Notes under the pieces: generated by a model | Seen by the model: the letters and a program-made list of their open reading frames with translations, nothing else | Told to the model about the DNA's origin: nothing | Databases searched by the model: none | Origin: a virus | Lineage: Duplodnaviria; Heunggongvirae; Uroviricota; Caudoviricetes | IMG/VR virus record: IMGVR_UViG_3300028886_000029 | Span: 110,007-174,006 of that record | DNA length: 64,000 bases | Reading direction: 5' to 3' (one strand) | Position numbers and translations under genes: made by a program | Part shown: piece by piece, positions 60,105 to 64,000 of the stretch | Layout of the letters: each line of letters opens with the position of its first letter | Numbering within the stretch: the first letter of the stretch is position 1

Positions 60105-60126
60105 AATATTTACAATTTAATTTAAA
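60082..60126. repeat. 45-bp exact direct repeat (second copy at 60900..60944) covering the recA leader and first codons
   Basis: tttttctttaatggttgtgccataatatttacaatttaatttaaa occurs at both positions. Confidence 0.95.
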
Positions 60127-60922
60127 TTTTATTTTTAATATATTCTTGTTCAATCACTCTTTCAATGCTAATTGCCTGTGGTGGTATATTATCATAAGTA
60201 TACACACAATCAAAGGCATTAGGGTCATATGAGAAATCAATATTTTTAATTAATTCTGTATCTATTTTCAATAATGTATAAGTACCATTATAAACAGTAG
60301 TATTTTTTTGTTTTGCTTTTTTCAGTTCTTCGACATAAAACTGTTTCATTAGAATTAAACAGTCATCATCATCTGGTTCGTGTAAAAAACAATATATTCT
60401 ATCAGGATATACAAATTTTTTATTATATGTTTTTGGTACTAATCCGCTTTTAAGAATTTTATTGACTTTATTTGTGTGCGTCAGATGATAGATATATTCT
60501 TCGTCTTGTACTAATTCATTAACTTTATTTTGATGTCTTGGCTCATAGTAAATGTACAAGGTTGTACCGTCTTTGGATACTATAGTTTCTGATGGAAAAT
60601 AACCACATAATGCCATATCACTATCTACAACATGTTTATTTTCTTCATCATTATAAACACCAATTCTAAAAATTGTTACATTATTATCATTTTCAAATGT
60701 TTCTACAAATGCATATTTACCATATCTTTTTTCTAAATACCTTTTAACTTTTTCAGGCTCATATGTACTAAAAACACCTTCCATTAAGGGACTTTCTTTT
60801 AGTTCTTTTGACATTGTAAAAGGGTTTAGTAAAGATTCTTTCAAATGGAACATAATACTGTTTGTGAGCCTTTCAATATCTTTTTCACTAAAACTACGAT
60901 TTTTCTTTAATGGTTGTGCCAT
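60122..60922 (-). CDS. Probable ADP-ribosyltransferase-fold protein (Tpt1/KptA/DarT-like)
   Basis: YIYHLT...KILKSGLVPK...YPDRIY...LLKID...IPPQAI follows the H-type ART pattern. Confidence 0.55.
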   Translation of the reverse strand: MAQPLKKNRSFSEKDIERLTNSIMFHLKESLLNPFTMSKELKESPLMEGVFSTYEPEKVKRYLEKRYGKYAFVETFENDNNVTIFRIGVYNDEENKHVVDSDMALCGYFPSETIVSKDGTTLYIYYEPRHQNKVNELVQDEEYIYHLTHTNKVNKILKSGLVPKTYNKKFVYPDRIYCFLHEPDDDDCLILMKQFYVEELKKAKQKNTTVYNGTYTLLKIDTELIKNIDFSYDPNAFDCVYTYDNIPPQAISIERVIEQEYIKNKI

Positions 60923-60946
60923 AATATTTACAATTTAATTTAAAAT

Positions 60947-61555
60947 TTATTTATCATCAACGGTAAACTTATAATTTTTGTTATGTGTTTTTTCGAAATA
61001 ACATTTTCTACACAGAGCCACATACCTGTCATCACCACCTATTTCAATCTGACTACCTTCAGTCACAATTTCCTTATTGACATTGATTCTTGCGTTTACC
61101 ATTGTTTTCTTTCCACAATAACAAATAGATTTAATCTCGTGAATTTCATCAGCCAGTTCCAATAGTCTTTTAGAGCCAGGAAAAAGGTGTGTTTTAAAAT
61201 CGGTCTTTAGGCCGTAGCATATAATATTCATGTCGTAAATGTCAGACAAGGCACATAACTGCTCAACTTGTTCAGGTGTTAAAAATTGTGACTCATCAAC
61301 TAAAACCCATTTAATTTTAACCAAATTTATCTCATTAAATGTCACAATTAAATTAAAAATGTTGTCGGTGTCCGATATTGTCACACATTCTCTTGACCCA
61401 AGTGCCCTTGAATAAACTTTATTTTCACCATCCCTGTCATCAATCTCACTTTTTATGACAAGAAAAGGAATACTATGCTCTTGGAAATCATGTGCTTTCG
61501 CTAACAATTGCATAGATTTGCCTGATGCCATTGTTCCATAATAAAAAGTTACCAT
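60947..61555 (-). CDS. tdk: Thymidine kinase (start reassigned to MVTFYYG at 61555)
   Basis: GTMASGKS P-loop; VDESQF; YGLKTDF; CYCG and CRKC Zn ligands. Confidence 0.93.
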   Translation of the reverse strand: MVTFYYGTMASGKSMQLLAKAHDFQEHSIPFLVIKSEIDDRDGENKVYSRALGSRECVTISDTDNIFNLIVTFNEINLVKIKWVLVDESQFLTPEQVEQLCALSDIYDMNIICYGLKTDFKTHLFPGSKRLLELADEIHEIKSICYCGKKTMVNARINVNKEIVTEGSQIEIGGDDRYVALCRKCYFEKTHNKNYKFTVDDK

Positions 61556-61647
61556 AAAATCACAATATATTGGGAATTTAATGTTAAATTCTCCCATTAT
61601 AGTGTAAAAATCATTAAAAATCACACTATAATGGGAAATTTATTTTA

Positions 61648-62682
61648 TTAGAAAGGTAAATCGTCACCATTATCATTGTCTTCAAGAACAATTGAGTTAA
61701 TGAACGCTTTATCCTCAGGTTTTACGCCGTTATCCTTAGGTTTTACGCCGTTATCCATAGGTTTTGTATCGTCAGATTTTAATTTGGCATCAGCCTCTTT
61801 TACTTTTTCTTCCGATTTGGTTTGCTCACCTTTCTTTTTAGCATCAAAAACGGCTTTATCAATCCATTTTTTCTCATCCTTATCCCACCAAGGGTACTTC
61901 CTTTCCGATACAAGTGTAAGATAGTCATAATCTTTTGGAGTAAACACATCCTGCCACTTTTTACTATCGTAAATCCACGCTTTCATTTGTTCATTGTCAG
62001 ATGAAAGTGGTCTTATCTCATCATCACAAGCGATTTGTGGTGCTGAATTACCTTGTGTAAAAGTAATAATGAGGTCTCTTCCGTTATAAATGTCAAGAAT
62101 GTTCTCATCTGGTTTACCATTTTCCCTTGACTTCTGTAATTTCCTATTATAAAGTCTGATAATTTGATTGTAAGGGTCGGTCTTATCATTTCTGAGATTA
62201 AACTTCCAGAATTTAACACCATCTTCCTCATGTCCTCTTTCAATGCATCTCACAATCACAGATTCAGTTGACTTATTGGCTACCGACAACTCAACAAGAC
62301 TCTTCTTCTTAACTGGGTCAGTCTCCTCAAGGGATAACTCATATGCCTTTTTATTTAATTCACAGAAAGGACAATCATTACCAAATTTATCATGGTCAAT
62401 GTCCTTGTTCTTTTTAAGACACAAATAAGATTTCCATTCAACACCGAAAATATCCTTGGGGACTTTTACGGTATGAAAATGTGTGAGAACAAAGGGATTA
62501 CCGGTATTTAAATCCATTGGAAGAAGTCTAATTGTCACCTCTTTTTCTGTCTCACCCTCAGCAAGTTTTGTGTTAAGGTAATTTTTAGTGTCAAACGCAC
62601 TTTTTTTGGTTGGTTTTTCGTCTAAATGTAAGTTATTTAAAACCTCAGGTGTAATGTTTGGTAAATCTACTACGTTACCCAT
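61648..62682 (-). CDS. Single-stranded DNA-binding protein (gp32-like)
   Basis: IRLLP...HFH...CL...CPFCE...GVKFWKF...GRDLII; acidic DDLPF tail. Confidence 0.8.
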   Translation of the reverse strand: MGNVVDLPNITPEVLNNLHLDEKPTKKSAFDTKNYLNTKLAEGETEKEVTIRLLPMDLNTGNPFVLTHFHTVKVPKDIFGVEWKSYLCLKKNKDIDHDKFGNDCPFCELNKKAYELSLEETDPVKKKSLVELSVANKSTESVIVRCIERGHEEDGVKFWKFNLRNDKTDPYNQIIRLYNRKLQKSRENGKPDENILDIYNGRDLIITFTQGNSAPQIACDDEIRPLSSDNEQMKAWIYDSKKWQDVFTPKDYDYLTLVSERKYPWWDKDEKKWIDKAVFDAKKKGEQTKSEEKVKEADAKLKSDDTKPMDNGVKPKDNGVKPEDKAFINSIVLEDNDNGDDLPF

Positions 62683-62822
62683 AATACATTAAAAATTTTT
62701 TAAAATTATTATTAAATTAATAGGGCTTTTTTAGTCCCTTATTTTTTTCCAAAAATATAAAAAATATCTATAAAAAACAAATGCCAACCACATATAATTT
62801 GTTTTTGGTTGGCATTTATTTA

Positions 62823-63629
62823 TTAATATCCGAACATGTCCTTCAAGCCAAAATTATCAAAAGTTTTAGCAATAGAAGCATAATCATTAAAGTTATCAAT
62901 TTCGTCTTTCGTTATTTTATAAACCTCATCATCAGCACCGTTGTTATCATCCGCTGTGCTGTAATTTGATGTGGCTTCTTTGTCTTTCCAATATTCCTCT
63001 GGTGTAACATTGAAAGGATATGAGTCTTTTGACCTTAAAGATAACTTTTCAACAGGGGTTGGGTTTCTTTTCTCTATCTCAGCCCTTAATGTCTCCATTC
63101 TCTCATTACTGTCACTAATCTTTTTATCAAAAGAATCAATCTTGTCAAGCAAGGTATCAAATTTATCAGTTAATTTCTCCAACTTTTTCTCAGTGTCTTC
63201 CTGAGCATCAGTCAACTCATCAACATCAATAACTTCTTCTTCCTCACCCTCCTCAGGAACCATTGGTTGCTCTTGTGCTTGTGGGGCAAATCCCTCAGGT
63301 GCTTCACCACCCATTGCGTTAGGGTCGCCACCCATGGCATTAGGGTCACCGCCCATATTAGGGTCAGTCATAGATGCATCACCACCCATGGCATTAGGGT
63401 CTCCCATAGCGTTAGGGTCACCGCCCATATTAGGGTCAGCCATAGGTGCTTCACCACCCATGGTATTAGAGTCACCACCCATGTTAGGGTCACCACCCAT
63501 AGCATTAGGGTCTTCTTCACCTGCCTCATTTACATTATAAGCACCACCAGGTGTAATATATTCCATAATCTGTTGAAACCTTTTCACTGATTCAGTCAAA
63601 TTATGTTTTTCAATAAATTTCTTATCCAT
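62823..63629 (-). CDS. Low-complexity acidic protein with GGDPNM repeats and a coiled coil (scaffold-like)
   Basis: MGGDPNA/MGGEAP repeats; LEKLTDKFDTLLDKIDSFDKKI heptads; LTE/VNE motifs. Confidence 0.55.
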   Translation of the reverse strand: MDKKFIEKHNLTESVKRFQQIMEYITPGGAYNVNEAGEEDPNAMGGDPNMGGDSNTMGGEAPMADPNMGGDPNAMGDPNAMGGDASMTDPNMGGDPNAMGGDPNAMGGEAPEGFAPQAQEQPMVPEEGEEEEVIDVDELTDAQEDTEKKLEKLTDKFDTLLDKIDSFDKKISDSNERMETLRAEIEKRNPTPVEKLSLRSKDSYPFNVTPEEYWKDKEATSNYSTADDNNGADDEVYKITKDEIDNFNDYASIAKTFDNFGLKDMFGY

Positions 63630-63631
63630 AA

Positions 63632-63886
63632 TTAGTCATTCAATACTTGTCTGTTATCTTCAGTGAGAACAACTTTTTCACTTTCAGTTCTCTCAATTAG
63701 TCCTTTTTCTTTTTTGATAACTTTCACCTTTGGTTTGTTTATATTCTTCACAAGACCTTCGGCTCTTTCTAATTGTTCAGTAGTCATAGTGTTATCTTTT
63801 AAATTTTTATTATTATCTATATCCTCATTAACAATGGTATGAGGAACATTCACTTTTTTTACTCTTTTGTTAATTTGCTTAACCAT
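63632..63886 (-). CDS. Small hypothetical protein
   Basis: 84 aa, ends LIERTESEKVVLTEDNRQVLND; upstream ACTATTTAT at 63905. Confidence 0.7.
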   Translation of the reverse strand: MVKQINKRVKKVNVPHTIVNEDIDNNKNLKDNTMTTEQLERAEGLVKNINKPKVKVIKKEKGLIERTESEKVVLTEDNRQVLND

Positions 63887-64000
63887 AATGTACTATTTTC
63901 TTTTATAAATAGTATGATTTTTTAAAAAATCAACTATATAACCAAGGAATTACATAAGGAACATTTTTAATTGTCATTTTAATATCAATTGGTAAGGAAG

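Noticed and set aside
61556-61624. N-terminal extension of thymidine kinase (MIFNDFY...) given by the ORF track
   Set aside because: It overlaps the hairpin-rich intergenic leader; the conserved kinase starts at MVTFYYGTMASGKS (61555).
4812-62822. tRNA or other structured ncRNA genes in the intergenic gaps
   Set aside because: The gaps are short and very AT-rich; no cloverleaf or GTTCRA T-loop pattern was found by eye. A tRNAscan/Infernal run would be needed to exclude them fully.
63300-63520. GC-richer short repeats as a CRISPR array or replication-origin iterons
   Set aside because: They encode GGDPNM peptide repeats within an ORF and vary at wobble positions.
11-63590. Numerous short plus-strand ORFs in the track (e.g. 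11..442, 526..954, 4240..4716, 18124..18675, 63267..63590)
   Set aside because: They are antisense shadows of well-supported minus-strand genes, with biased low-complexity translations and no recognisable motifs.
1-64000. Genome-wide TAG recoding (genetic code 15), as in Lak megaphages
   Set aside because: ORFs up to 1910 aa are intact in the standard code. TAG occurs only at plausible gene ends (14381, 36478, 46898, 49292, 49551), and nrdG ends at TAG with the next gene out of frame.

Overview
This is a 64-kb piece of an AT-rich, T4-like (contractile-tail) jumbo phage genome; almost all genes are on the minus strand. The host is probably an anaerobic gut Bacteroidota, inferred from the Bacteroidales-style NrdD/NrdG, the BspA-like repeats and BACON-like domains, and A-rich starts without Shine-Dalgarno sequences. 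Left to right: two long fibre genes; an array of six Ig-rich paralogues sharing one N-terminal module; a baseplate block (gp6-like, gp25-like and large conserved structural proteins); a Zn-repeat endonuclease; a four-gene glycosyltransferase cluster; nrdG/nrdD; a DnaB-like helicase; an RNase H-like 5'-3' exonuclease; UvsX/RecA; thymidine kinase; a gp32-like SSB; and a scaffold-like protein. The most striking unexplained pattern is an 11-residue beta-strand-like motif (hydrophobic-x-hydrophobic-x-small-x-G-x-hydrophobic-x-Q). It recurs about nine times in one 1135-aa structural protein, at the C-termini of two array members, and in a 46-aa membrane micro-protein missing from the ORF track. This suggests a scaffoldin-like or donor-strand docking system for the Ig-adhesin array. 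Other notable points: a probable ADP-ribosyltransferase-fold gene between 45-bp direct repeats that copy the recA 5' end; an endonuclease whose last 15 residues copy the C-terminus of the neighbouring glycosyltransferase; three HExxH paralogues with possible prohead-protease sites; and the same 30-bp palindrome at both convergent gene junctions. All family assignments come from motif recognition by eye; no database search was run.
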